Assembly: GCA_036676495.1 (NCBI GenBank)
Contig: JAKFCT010000020.1
Coordinates: forward strand, 1 to 64,000
Length of the DNA stretch: 64,000 nucleotides
Reading direction: 5' to 3'
DNA from: Candidatus Sericytochromatia bacterium
Lineage (GTDB): Bacteria; Cyanobacteriota; Sericytochromatia; S15B-MN24; UBA4093
Part shown: one piece after another, positions 27,283 to 36,463 of the stretch
How positions within the stretch are numbered: the first letter of the stretch is position 1
How the letters are laid out: the number at the start of each line of letters is the position of its first letter
Notes under the pieces: model-generated
Seen by the model: the letters and a program-made list of their open reading frames with translations, nothing else
Databases searched by the model: none
Told to the model about the DNA's origin: nothing
Made by a program: the position numbers and the translations under genes

Positions 27283-27951
27283 CTAAAACTGCCTGGACCA
27301 GCTTAGCGCGGGCCCATCGAGGCCCATGCTGGGCCGGATGCCCGCGGCATCCAGCGACGGGCCCCAGGCGGATTCGGCGGATCCGAAGATCACGCGCGAG
27401 AGGCGGGCGGCACCGATGCCGACCAGCGCTCCGGCCAGCACATCGGTCGGATAATGCACGCCGTTGTAGATCCGGGAGAGGGAGACCAGGGAGGCCCAGC
27501 CGTACGCCGGCCACGCCCACTGGGGATAGGCATCCGAGAGGATGGTGGCCCCGGCGAAAGCCAGGGTGGCATGGCTGGACGGAAGGGAGAACGAGCCTTC
27601 CCTGCCGGCGGGAGTCCGGATATCCGTATGAGTATCGTAGGGGCGAGGCCGTTGAAAGACGAGCTTCAGCCCCTCCGACATGCCGAGGGCGAGGACCTGG
27701 GCTTCGAGCACCCGGATGGGAATGCGGTAATGGCCGTTTCCGAGCGCCACCGCGCCGGCCAGCGGAGTGGCGATCGTCAGAATGTCGTTGGAAAGAATGT
27801 CGTTGACGCTGTCCGCGGTGGGATTGTAGCGGTCGTTGAGCTCTCTGAGCAGGAAGAGGTCAGCGTCATCGATGGGGCCCGCGTACGCGGGCCCCATCGG
27901 GACGAGAACCAGGGAGGCGAGGGCTACCGAGAGGCGGAGGCGAAGGGTCAA
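27283..27951 (-). CDS. PAP2-family phosphatase
   Basis: KLVFQRPRP, SLPSSH, SRIYNGVHYPTD. Confidence 0.9.
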   Translation of the reverse strand: MTLRLRLSVALASLVLVPMGPAYAGPIDDADLFLLRELNDRYNPTADSVNDILSNDILTIATPLAGAVALGNGHYRIPIRVLEAQVLALGMSEGLKLVFQRPRPYDTHTDIRTPAGREGSFSLPSSHATLAFAGATILSDAYPQWAWPAYGWASLVSLSRIYNGVHYPTDVLAGALVGIGAARLSRVIFGSAESAWGPSLDAAGIRPSMGLDGPALSWSRQF

Positions 27952-29120
27952 CGCTCCTCCGATTCGGCATCTTCGGCGGCTTGCTGGATCTGCTCCGGCA
28001 TCTTGCCCAGGGTGAGCGTCAGCTCCTTGGTCTGGCCGCGGCGGTTGACCTTGACCTTGGCCTTGTCGCCGATCTCCAGGGCGCTGACGGCGCGCATCAG
28101 GGCGGCGGAGTCCTCGATCTTCTGGTTATCGAGGGCCATGATCACGTCACCCTCGGCAAGTCCGGCCTTGGCGGCGGGGCTCGACGGCTCGATGCGAGCG
28201 ACCAGGGCTCCGTACTCCGCCGGGTAGAACATGCGGCTGCGATCCTCGGGAAGGTCCGCGAGGCCCACTCCGATCCAGGCGCGCTCCACCCGGCCCTTGG
28301 CCTCGAGCTGAGGCACCACGCGGCTGACGGTATCGACCGGCACCGCGAAGCCGATCCCCTGGGCGTTCTGGATGATCGCGGTGTTGACGCCGATCACCTC
28401 GCCCTGGAGGTTCATCAGAGGACCTCCCGAGTTGCCGGGGTTGATGGGCGCGTCCGTCTGGAGGAAGCCCACGCGGTTCTTGATGCCTTCGCGGTTGACG
28501 GCGCTGAGGATGCCGGCCGTCACGGAATACTTGAGGCCCAGGGGGCTACCGATGGCGACCACCCACTGGCCGACCCGGATGGAGTCGGGGTTGGCGAGCT
28601 TGAGGGACGGGAGATCCTTGCCGTCGATCTTGACGACGGCGAGGTCCGAGGCCGCGTCACGGCCGATGACCTTGCCCTTGAACTTCCGGCCGTCCGGCAG
28701 GGTGACGGTCAGCTCGTTGGCCTTGCGCACGACGTGGTCGTTGGTCACGACCAGCCCCTTGGGGTCGATGATGAAGCCGGAGCCCACGCCCTTCTGCTCG
28801 TAAGTGCGGGTCTGGGGCCGCGACATCCGGGGATCGCCGAACGGGTCGAAGCCGAAGAACGGGTGAATGGGCTGCTGGACCACGGTTCGCCGGCTCACGG
28901 TGTCGATGTTGACGACCGCGGGCCCGACCTTCTCGACGAGGTCCGCAATGATCTCTCCCTGGGGGGAAACGGCCCGAGCTTGGACCTGAGGGGTCTGGGA
29001 GGCGGCGTAGGCCGGAGCTTGCACTCCCGGTTTGGCCCACATCACGGCTCCTGCGCCCAGGACACCTCCCCCGATGCCGAGCGAAAGGCTCAACAAGGCA
29101 GGGATAAAGCGCTGGCGCAT
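27948..29120 (-). CDS. HtrA/DegP-family serine protease with one PDZ domain
   Basis: GSGFII, TNDHVV, DLAV, INPGNSGGPL, PDZ. Confidence 0.95.
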   Translation of the reverse strand: MRQRFIPALLSLSLGIGGGVLGAGAVMWAKPGVQAPAYAASQTPQVQARAVSPQGEIIADLVEKVGPAVVNIDTVSRRTVVQQPIHPFFGFDPFGDPRMSRPQTRTYEQKGVGSGFIIDPKGLVVTNDHVVRKANELTVTLPDGRKFKGKVIGRDAASDLAVVKIDGKDLPSLKLANPDSIRVGQWVVAIGSPLGLKYSVTAGILSAVNREGIKNRVGFLQTDAPINPGNSGGPLMNLQGEVIGVNTAIIQNAQGIGFAVPVDTVSRVVPQLEAKGRVERAWIGVGLADLPEDRSRMFYPAEYGALVARIEPSSPAAKAGLAEGDVIMALDNQKIEDSAALMRAVSALEIGDKAKVKVNRRGQTKELTLTLGKMPEQIQQAAEDAESEER

Positions 29121-29184
29121 GACTAGCTCCTTTCCGGCGTCCGGGACGCCGCTGCAAGACAGGGGGGATATCCGGCACACCCTA

Positions 29185-29403
29185 TTATGACATGCGCCTC
29201 GGGGTCGGCGACAAGCGCCTGCGGCGCGACAAGACCGTCATGGCGGATGAATCCGCCGCAAGCGCCCGCGGCATGGCCGTCGTGCGAGCCAGGGGCGCGA
29301 TCTCGGTGTCGAGCGCGAAGCTGACGCCGGGACCGGCGAGCTTACCGGTGGCAAGCCAGAACTCCACGCGCTGGAGAGGCGTTCGTTGAGATTGGCGTTT
29401 CAT
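29185..29403 (-). CDS. Small hypothetical protein inside the ECF operon
   Basis: AGGAGGA RBS; fills the gap between the rseB-like gene and htrA. Confidence 0.45.
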   Translation of the reverse strand: MKRQSQRTPLQRVEFWLATGKLAGPGVSFALDTEIAPLARTTAMPRALAADSSAMTVLSRRRRLSPTPRRMS

Positions 29404-29525
29404 GGAAGCATTCCTCCTTCATGGAGGGGGCTCCAGAACCGGGGGGACGGTCCCGGAGCTCCCACATGAATGGACGCCTGGAGGGCTCGAAAAGTTCCCG
29501 AGAAGCTGAGGCGAATTGCCTGAAA

Positions 29526-30506
29526 TCAGTGGTCGGAAACCGTGGATCGCGCGACCTTGATCAGCTCGTCCTCGGGGAGTTCGGCCACCATGGCGTAGCC
29601 GACGCGATCCGTCGTCCAGCAGAGCATGCGGCGGCCCGGATGCTCCAGGAGATGCGCCTTCTGGTTCGGGGCCAGGTCGACCGTGCGGGCGGTGGGCAAG
29701 TCCGGGTGGTGCTCCTTGTGGGTCATGAAGAGCGAGAGCGTGGTCAGCCCGTCGGAGAGCCTCCAGTGAACGGACTTGACTCCCTTGGACTCGAAGAGAT
29801 GGAGGTCGAGGGCCTCGTAGCCGCCGGGCAGATAAGAGGGGAGGCGGACGGGGAAAGGCACCTGATCGCCGAGGTCGCCGAGAGTCCGGCCCGAGGCCAG
29901 CATGCGCACGCTGGTGGTCACGGCGGCGTTATGCGGAAGCTCCAGCTGGAAATGCGCGGGATCCACGGCCTCCGGGAACTCGATCTCCCGGAACTCGGTC
30001 CGCTCGAGCAGCGCTCCGTTCGCGCCACGGCGCTCCATCCGCAAGGGCACCGCATGAACATGATCGAGCCAGAGGCGCTGCGTGCCTCGGTTGGCATGCG
30101 TCGGCTGGAGGTCGACGACATGCGCGGAGCGTCCGGCGACCTTCTCGCGGCCCAGCACCTTCATGCGGTAGTTCTGGGTCAGGAGGCGCAGACGCTCGGT
30201 GACCCGGTCCCCCCACTGGCGGGTGGGCGAGAGGTCGACCTTCTGCGTCCGCGGGGAGAAGTGCCAGAGGGTCCGGCCGTTGTCGACGATGAGATCGCCC
30301 TTCATCCGCAGGGGGGAGACGATCTCCTGGCGCTTCCGGTCGCCGGGACCATGCACGACCCGCACGATCGTCTGGCCGTTGATGATCATCGTGCCCTGAA
30401 ACGGGACGTTGCCGGACTTGACCAGGGCTTCAAGACTCGGGGCGGCGGCCCAGGCAGGCCAGCTCAGGGTTCCAGCGAGGAGTGAGCCGAGGATCAGGGG
30501 TCTCAC
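29526..30506 (-). CDS. MucB/RseB-like periplasmic regulator
   Basis: Signal peptide; EKVAGR...LWLD...PLR LolA-like fold; C-terminal LPSYLPGGY. Confidence 0.8.
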   Translation of the reverse strand: MRPLILGSLLAGTLSWPAWAAAPSLEALVKSGNVPFQGTMIINGQTIVRVVHGPGDRKRQEIVSPLRMKGDLIVDNGRTLWHFSPRTQKVDLSPTRQWGDRVTERLRLLTQNYRMKVLGREKVAGRSAHVVDLQPTHANRGTQRLWLDHVHAVPLRMERRGANGALLERTEFREIEFPEAVDPAHFQLELPHNAAVTTSVRMLASGRTLGDLGDQVPFPVRLPSYLPGGYEALDLHLFESKGVKSVHWRLSDGLTTLSLFMTHKEHHPDLPTARTVDLAPNQKAHLLEHPGRRMLCWTTDRVGYAMVAELPEDELIKVARSTVSDH

Positions 30507-30973
30507 GGCAATTCCCCCTGGAGCTGATAGGTGGCCTCGATGGCATGGACGGCGGGGGCGCCCATCATGAGGACGGGTTCGGACTCCATCGAGAAGGAGG
30601 CATGTTCGCGCCAGTAGGTGTCGAGGTCGGCCATCTGCGAGGGGGTCGGGGGGAAGAGAAGGTTCCAGCTGAGGGCGATCGCCCCGCCGCCGACGAGCGC
30701 GGCGGCGACCCAGCGCGCCCGGGGCAGCATGCGGTTCCGGATCAGGCCCTCTCGCCGCAGGCGGAAGCAGATCGCGTCCCACGGATCCTCGCGCGGGGGG
30801 ACGACCGGCAAGGCGGCGATGACGTGAATCACGGCCATGAGATCCGCGAGTTCCTCCGCGCAGCGCGCGCAACCGATCAGATGGGAGTGAACCGCCCGGT
30901 TCTCATCCATCGTCAGGGCACCGTCGGCATAGGCCGAAAGCTGGGAACGGCACTCCTCGCAGTTCTGGGGCAT
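30503..30973 (-). CDS. Zinc-binding anti-sigma factor (zf-HC2) with TM helix
   Basis: CEECRSQLSAYADG...HLIGCARC (HxxxCxxC). Confidence 0.9.
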   Translation of the reverse strand: MPQNCEECRSQLSAYADGALTMDENRAVHSHLIGCARCAEELADLMAVIHVIAALPVVPPREDPWDAICFRLRREGLIRNRMLPRARWVAAALVGGGAIALSWNLLFPPTPSQMADLDTYWREHASFSMESEPVLMMGAPAVHAIEATYQLQGELP

Positions 30974-30996
30974 GGGTTCCTCCTTCTCACCCCTAC

Positions 30997-31653
30997 CTAT
31001 TGCAGATAGTCCTTGAGCCAGCGCACGGCTTGCGCACGGGCGCGGGCAATCCGGCTCTTGACGGTGCCCAGGGCCGCTCCGGTGGCGGTGGCGACCTCTT
31101 CGTAGGACATGCCTTCGACGTCGCGCAGCACCAGGGCCGTTCGAAATTCCGGGGCGAGCTTGTCCAGCGCCACCTGAATGGCCTCCTCCAGCTCCGAACC
31201 CACCATCCGCTCCTCGGGCCCGCGGTCGGGACTGGCCAGGGTATCCCCCAGCGTCGCGGCTCCCTCCTCGAAAACCTCCGCGTCCAGGGAATCCGTCGGC
31301 CCCCGGCGCTTCGCTTTATCGAGGTAGTTGAGGCAGGTGTTGGTGGCGATCCGGTAGAGCCAGGTCTTCAGCGACGCCTCGCCCCGGAAGCCCTTCAAGC
31401 CCCGAAAGGCCCTCAGGAAAACCTCCTGCACACAGTCCTCGACCTCCGGCGACCCGCCCAGCATTCGATAGGCCAGGTTGTGAATCGCCGGGTGGTAGAG
31501 GCGGAAGATCGCCTCCGCCGCCGCTTGATCGCCCTGCTGGTAACGTTCGATGAGTTGGCGCTCGTCGGCCACGGGGACCGCTTCCTCCGCTCTAGGTTCT
31601 TGGACGGATCTCGCGTCCGAAAGTTCCCGCCGGGACCCCGGGGTCCGCGCCAA
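30997..31653 (-). CDS. ECF sigma factor (SigE/SigW-like)
   Basis: VEDCVQEVFLRAF...LKTWLYRIATN, GMSYEEVA...GTVKSRIARAR; start uncertain. Confidence 0.93.
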   Translation of the reverse strand: MARTPGSRRELSDARSVQEPRAEEAVPVADERQLIERYQQGDQAAAEAIFRLYHPAIHNLAYRMLGGSPEVEDCVQEVFLRAFRGLKGFRGEASLKTWLYRIATNTCLNYLDKAKRRGPTDSLDAEVFEEGAATLGDTLASPDRGPEERMVGSELEEAIQVALDKLAPEFRTALVLRDVEGMSYEEVATATGAALGTVKSRIARARAQAVRWLKDYLQ

Positions 31654-31743
31654 GGCACGGAAATCACGAGGACGACGCGCGGGAACGCCTAGCAGATTCT
31701 AGCAGGTCTCACGGGGAGGCGCGACCGGGAAAGGCCGCGCGGC

Positions 31744-32841
31744 CTAGAAATTCTCGGCGAGGTGGCGACCCAGGTCCGCCCCGTAAAGTTCGGCCTTGAG
31801 CTCGTCGGCCTCGTACGCGGCCGTGCCGCGCTTCCAGCCGTGGGCAAGGCTTTCGAGAACCTCGCCCCAGTCCTCGGTGATCCCCTTGCCGCCGGGCTTG
31901 AGGCGATCGACGGCCCCCTTGAGCGCGTCGTTCCAGCCCCCGTCCATGCCGTTCATGAGCACGCCGAAGACCACTTGCTCGCCCAGGGCGTCGAAAAGCG
32001 CCGCCCCGTCCGCCTTGGCCATCCCGAAACGGTTCGCGATCCCATCCGTGAGGGCATCCATGCCTCCAGGAAGATTGGCCATGGTGTTGAGAACGCTTCC
32101 CGCCCAGATCGGAGCCGCCGACCAGAGGCTGGCGTTCTCCGCGGCGACGGCGTCCTTGCGCAGCTCCCAGAAGCCCTTCTGCTGGCTGACGAAGCCCAGG
32201 GCGGCCATCCCGAACATGTGATACCAGTCGTCCGAGAGATCCGTCCGCCGGGTCGTCTCCTCGGTGCGGAAACGGGTATCGAGGTGGTCGTGGAAGAACT
32301 CCAGGTCCTGCTCCTCGATGCCCGTGGCCATGTCGTCCCCGCGGGAAAGCGCGCGCAGGGTGTTGTGCACGGTGATGAGGGCCTTGGCGACGTTCCCGCC
32401 GTTGAGATCCAGCGACACGGCCAGGACGTCCCCCGGCTGAAGCTTCTTGCCGGTCCGCATCGCCTGCTGCGCGATGGCGTCGCGCAGGGGGACCTCGGCG
32501 CCCGTCACGTGCTGCGCGTTGGAGGAATCGGTATGGGCGATGTACGCGTTGAGATCGAAGACGTTGACGTCCTTGGCCCCGCTGGTGAGCGATCGCCCCT
32601 TGAGGGCGCGATCGAACTCCGCGCGCAGGTACTGAAGCGCGGCCTGTGCCGAGGCGGCCCGGGGCGGGACGGCCGCCGTCGAGACGAAGGCATCCGACGG
32701 GATCGCCGCAGACGGTTCGCCCCCGGGTTTCCGGGCGGGTTCCGGCTGGCCGCCCCCAGCTCCGGGGATCCGCGGAAGCCTCGCAGCGCTGGCGCTGGAG
32801 AGGGGCTGGGAACGGCCCTCGGGCCGAAGTGACGCGCTCAT
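31744..32841 (-). CDS. Hypothetical protein
   Basis: AGGAGG RBS, host-like codon usage, disordered N-terminus. Confidence 0.7.
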   Translation of the reverse strand: MSASLRPEGRSQPLSSASAARLPRIPGAGGGQPEPARKPGGEPSAAIPSDAFVSTAAVPPRAASAQAALQYLRAEFDRALKGRSLTSGAKDVNVFDLNAYIAHTDSSNAQHVTGAEVPLRDAIAQQAMRTGKKLQPGDVLAVSLDLNGGNVAKALITVHNTLRALSRGDDMATGIEEQDLEFFHDHLDTRFRTEETTRRTDLSDDWYHMFGMAALGFVSQQKGFWELRKDAVAAENASLWSAAPIWAGSVLNTMANLPGGMDALTDGIANRFGMAKADGAALFDALGEQVVFGVLMNGMDGGWNDALKGAVDRLKPGGKGITEDWGEVLESLAHGWKRGTAAYEADELKAELYGADLGRHLAENF

Positions 32842-32966
32842 GCGGGGGGCCTCCTGACGCGGCGGGAGTCAATGACCAAGGAAGGGTTCTTTCGGATCCT
32901 TACCCGCATGGGCGGTGACTTAACCCCCCGCTTAAAGCGGGCAAGTTGTGGTATAAGAAGAAGGCC

Positions 32967-34010
32967 ATGAACCCCACGATCGCTAAAACACTCTCCCTCA
33001 CCGCGTTCAGCGCCCTCCTGATCGGCATGACGGCGATGCCGGCCCATGCCTGGGGCGACCATCGGCTGCTCACGCGGGAGATTCTCGGGGACGCCTCCTG
33101 GCTGTCCAAGCCGGAGTTCCGGCAGATCGAGGTCACGCCCTACGGCTACGCCGAGCATGATCGTTCTCCGTACGCTCCGGGCTTCCAGCCGATCTACGTC
33201 GATCGCCTGGTCGGCGAGAAGACGACGGCCCGGGAGATCCTGCTGCGCTACGTCGACGAGCCCGACTGGGGCATGGACGACGATCTCTCGCTCTCCCCGC
33301 TTCAAGGGATGGCCGGCGGCAGCAAAGGCTATCGTCACCAGCGCTACTACTACCTGGGCGGCGTGCTGAGGGTGGGGGACGCCCATGGGCGGGCCGAGCA
33401 TTTCTACCGCATGTCGAAGCTGGCCTTCGGCAAGGGGGATAGCTACTGGGGATTCCGCTTCCTGGCTCGCTCACTTCATTACGTGGAGGACATGGGCCAG
33501 CCGCTACACACGCGGCCGTTTCGCATGCGCCAGATCCTGGGCGTGGGGCTCAACCTCGACAAGTTGAAGAACCTGTCCAGCAACTACCATCACTACTACG
33601 AGGCCTGGGTCAGCGATCGCTTGGCCAAGCAGCAGCGCTCGGGATCGGGCAACTGGGTGGGCGCAATCCGGGAAGCGGATGCCGGCAACATCCACAGCGT
33701 CAAGGAAGCCACCAAGGCGCTTTCGGCCTACTCTCACAAGCATGCCGACCAGCTGCTGGAAGCGAGCGAAGGCTACTGGCCCAGCAAAGTGAAGCGGACG
33801 GATGCGATCGCCCCGATCGACCCTCGCCTCTTGGCTCCTCCCAAGCCTCCGGCGGGGTGGGAGACCCTGGACAAGCTCACGACCAATGCGCTTCACGTGA
33901 CCGCCAAGGTCTCAAAGGGGTTCCTCGCCTTCGCCTACCGCGACGCGATCACCCAGAGCCGGCCCCGCAGCCCCGATTCCGGCTGGGGAGGACTCAGCGA
34001 TCTCGATTGA
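32967..34010 (+). CDS. Secreted Zn-dependent phospholipase C/P1-nuclease-fold protein
   Basis: AHA|WGDH mature N-terminus, EPD, HYVEDMGQPLH, HHYYE. Confidence 0.75.
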   Translation: MNPTIAKTLSLTAFSALLIGMTAMPAHAWGDHRLLTREILGDASWLSKPEFRQIEVTPYGYAEHDRSPYAPGFQPIYVDRLVGEKTTAREILLRYVDEPDWGMDDDLSLSPLQGMAGGSKGYRHQRYYYLGGVLRVGDAHGRAEHFYRMSKLAFGKGDSYWGFRFLARSLHYVEDMGQPLHTRPFRMRQILGVGLNLDKLKNLSSNYHHYYEAWVSDRLAKQQRSGSGNWVGAIREADAGNIHSVKEATKALSAYSHKHADQLLEASEGYWPSKVKRTDAIAPIDPRLLAPPKPPAGWETLDKLTTNALHVTAKVSKGFLAFAYRDAITQSRPRSPDSGWGGLSDLD

Positions 34011-34144
34011 CTCCGGACCTGATCTCGACTAGTATGTTAAGTCTGGGCTAAATCAAGCCTGGGATCGTTTTGTCATGGGATCAGTTCGTCCGGTAACGAT
34101 TAGAAGGGGTCCATCCCTTTCCGAAGGGAACCCTCGAAGGCTGC

Positions 34145-35608
34145 ATGTTCGAGTCACTCAGCGACAAACTCCAGGACGTCTTCAAGCGGCTGCGCGGGCA
34201 GGGTAAGATCACCGAGGAGAATATCTCCGAGGCCCTGCGCGAAGTTCGGCGTGCCCTCCTGGAAGCCGACGTCTCCTTGGCCGTGGTCAAGGACTTCGTC
34301 GCCAAGGTCAAAGAGAAGGCCCTGGGCGTGGAAGTCACGCAGGGCCTCAATCCGGGTCAGCAGTTCATCAAGATCGTCAACGACGAGCTGGTCGAGCTCC
34401 TGGGCGGCGAGCGCTCGCCTTTGGAACGCAATCCCAACGGCCTCACGATCATCCTGATGGCCGGCCTTCAGGGCTCCGGCAAGACGACCACCTCGGCCAA
34501 GCTGGCGCTGACCATCCGCAAGCAGGGTCTGCGGCCCATGCTGGTCGCCTGCGACGTCTACCGGCCCGCCGCCATCAAGCAGCTCCAGGTGCTGGGCAAG
34601 CAGATCGACGTCCCGGTCTTCGCCGACGAAGGCAACACCGATCCGGTGAGCATCGCGCGCCAAGCGGTCGACGAGGCCAAGCGCGACGGGCGCAACTACC
34701 TGATCGTCGACACCGCGGGCCGCCTCCACGTCGACACCGAGATGATGGACGAGATCCGGCGCCTCAAGGAGAGCCTGAACCCGCAGGAGATCCTGCTGGT
34801 CGTGGACGCCATGACCGGTCAGGATGCCGTCCAGATCGCCAAGAGCTTCCATGAGTTGCTCACCATCACGGGCGTGGTGCTGACCAAGCTGGACGGCGAC
34901 ACCCGCGGCGGCGCGGCCCTTTCGGTCAAGAGCGTCACCGGGCGCCCCATCAAGTTCGCCGCCACCGGCGAGAAGCTGGATGCGCTGGAGCCCTTCCATC
35001 CGGACCGGATCGCCACCCGCATCCTCGGGATGGGCGACGTCCTCTCGCTGATCGAGAAGGCTCAGGAAGTCATCGACGAGAAGGAAGCGGCCGCCATGGA
35101 GCAGAAGCTGCTCAAGGCCGAGTTCAACCTCGAAGACTTCCTCAACCAGATGAAGCAAGTCAACAAGATTGGATCGCTAGAACAGATCCTGACGATGCTC
35201 CCCATCGGCAACATGCTGGGGGTGAAGCTCGAGAAGGACCAGATCCAGGAGGGGCAGAAGCACCTCAAGAAGATCGAGACCATCATCAACTCGATGACGG
35301 TCAAGGAGCGCCGGCGTCCCGAGATCCTGGACATGTCGCGCAAGCGGCGGATTGCCAAGGGGTCGGGAACCTCGGTCGAGGAAGTCAACAAGATGCTCAA
35401 GGACTTCCAGAACATGCGCAAGATGTTCAAGGAGCTCTCGGGCTTCCAGAAGAACATGATGAAGCGGATGCCCAAGTCGATGCGGAACGCTCCGCAGCAA
35501 GGGAATCCCTTTGGTGGCGGTTTTCCGGGCCTTCCGGGGCTCGGTGGCGGCATGGGGGGCCGTGGCCCCGGGGCCGGTGGCCCCTTCCCCCCGAAGAAAA
35601 AGAAGTAG
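34145..35608 (+). CDS. ffh: Signal recognition particle protein
   Basis: [24 protein letters not shown] domain. Confidence 0.98.
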   Translation: MFESLSDKLQDVFKRLRGQGKITEENISEALREVRRALLEADVSLAVVKDFVAKVKEKALGVEVTQGLNPGQQFIKIVNDELVELLGGERSPLERNPNGLTIILMAGLQGSGKTTTSAKLALTIRKQGLRPMLVACDVYRPAAIKQLQVLGKQIDVPVFADEGNTDPVSIARQAVDEAKRDGRNYLIVDTAGRLHVDTEMMDEIRRLKESLNPQEILLVVDAMTGQDAVQIAKSFHELLTITGVVLTKLDGDTRGGAALSVKSVTGRPIKFAATGEKLDALEPFHPDRIATRILGMGDVLSLIEKAQEVIDEKEAAAMEQKLLKAEFNLEDFLNQMKQVNKIGSLEQILTMLPIGNMLGVKLEKDQIQEGQKHLKKIETIINSMTVKERRRPEILDMSRKRRIAKGSGTSVEEVNKMLKDFQNMRKMFKELSGFQKNMMKRMPKSMRNAPQQGNPFGGGFPGLPGLGGGMGGRGPGAGGPFPPKKKK

Positions 35609-35634
35609 TCCCCCTCAAAGGAGGTGAAATCAGA

Positions 35635-35886
35635 ATGGTCAAGATTCGTTTGAAGCGGTTCGGTCAGAAGAAGGCCCCCAAGTACCGGGTGGTCGTGATC
35701 GACGGACGGGATCGGCGCGATGGCGCCCCCATCGAGGAGATCGGTTTCTACGATCCTAAGAAGCAGCCCGCCGAGATCCGCATCAACGTGGAAGCGGCTC
35801 AGAAGTGGATCCAGAAGGGCGCTCAGCCCAGCGACACCGTGCGCGAGCTCCTGCGTCGCGTCACCGCTGCCGAGGCGACGAAGTAA
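35635..35886 (+). CDS. rpsP: 30S ribosomal protein S16
   Basis: [26 protein letters not shown]. Confidence 0.98.
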   Translation: MVKIRLKRFGQKKAPKYRVVVIDGRDRRDGAPIEEIGFYDPKKQPAEIRINVEAAQKWIQKGAQPSDTVRELLRRVTAAEATK

Positions 35887-35895
35887 GAGGGTTCC

Positions 35896-36129
35896 ATGCA
35901 GGCCGTTGCAGAAACCATTCTGAAGGCCTTGGTCTCGCACCCCGAGGCCCTGGTGATCACGCGTTCCGATGAAGGCGATCGCACCCGGATCCTGGTCCAG
36001 GTCGACCCTTCCGACGTGGGGAAGGTCATCGGAAAGCAGGGCCGGACGATCCAAGCGGTCCGGACGGTCCTCAAAGCTGCTGCCGCCAAGCGGCAGGAGC
36101 AGGTGAGCCTGGATCTCGTCACGGAATAG
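35896..36129 (+). CDS. khpA: KH-domain RNA-binding protein
   Basis: DVGKVIGKQGRTIQAVR; follows rpsP. Confidence 0.9.
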   Translation: MQAVAETILKALVSHPEALVITRSDEGDRTRILVQVDPSDVGKVIGKQGRTIQAVRTVLKAAAAKRQEQVSLDLVTE

Positions 36130-36190
36130 CCCAACCGCTCGCGGGGGGGACGGGGAAACCCGTCCCCCCCGCTCGCTTCTCCCCCCCGCC

Positions 36191-36291
36191 CGTCGTTCCC
36201 GCGGAAGCGGGAACCCAGCTGGCTCCCCACGCCGCCCGTCGTTCCCGCGAAAGCGGGAACCCACTGGATCCCCGCTTCCGCGGGGATGACG
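36191..36291. repeat. REP-like palindromic cluster (two direct and one inverted 27-bp units)
   Basis: CGTCGTTCCCGCG(G/A)AAGCGGGAACCCA at 36191 and 36237; inverted variant at 36265-36291. Confidence 0.85.
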
Positions 36292-36463
36292 CAGGAGAGC
36301 GCGAGGATGACGAAGAATGGCGCGGGGATGGTCGATAAGGGCGCAGGGACGACGCATCAGGGGCGGACGCGCACTCTCGCTGGTCACATCGCGTGGCCTA
36401 GGGCTATAATGAGGATCAATGGCAACCCCAGGGGTTGGTATGTCAACCGATAGAGGAGGGCTC

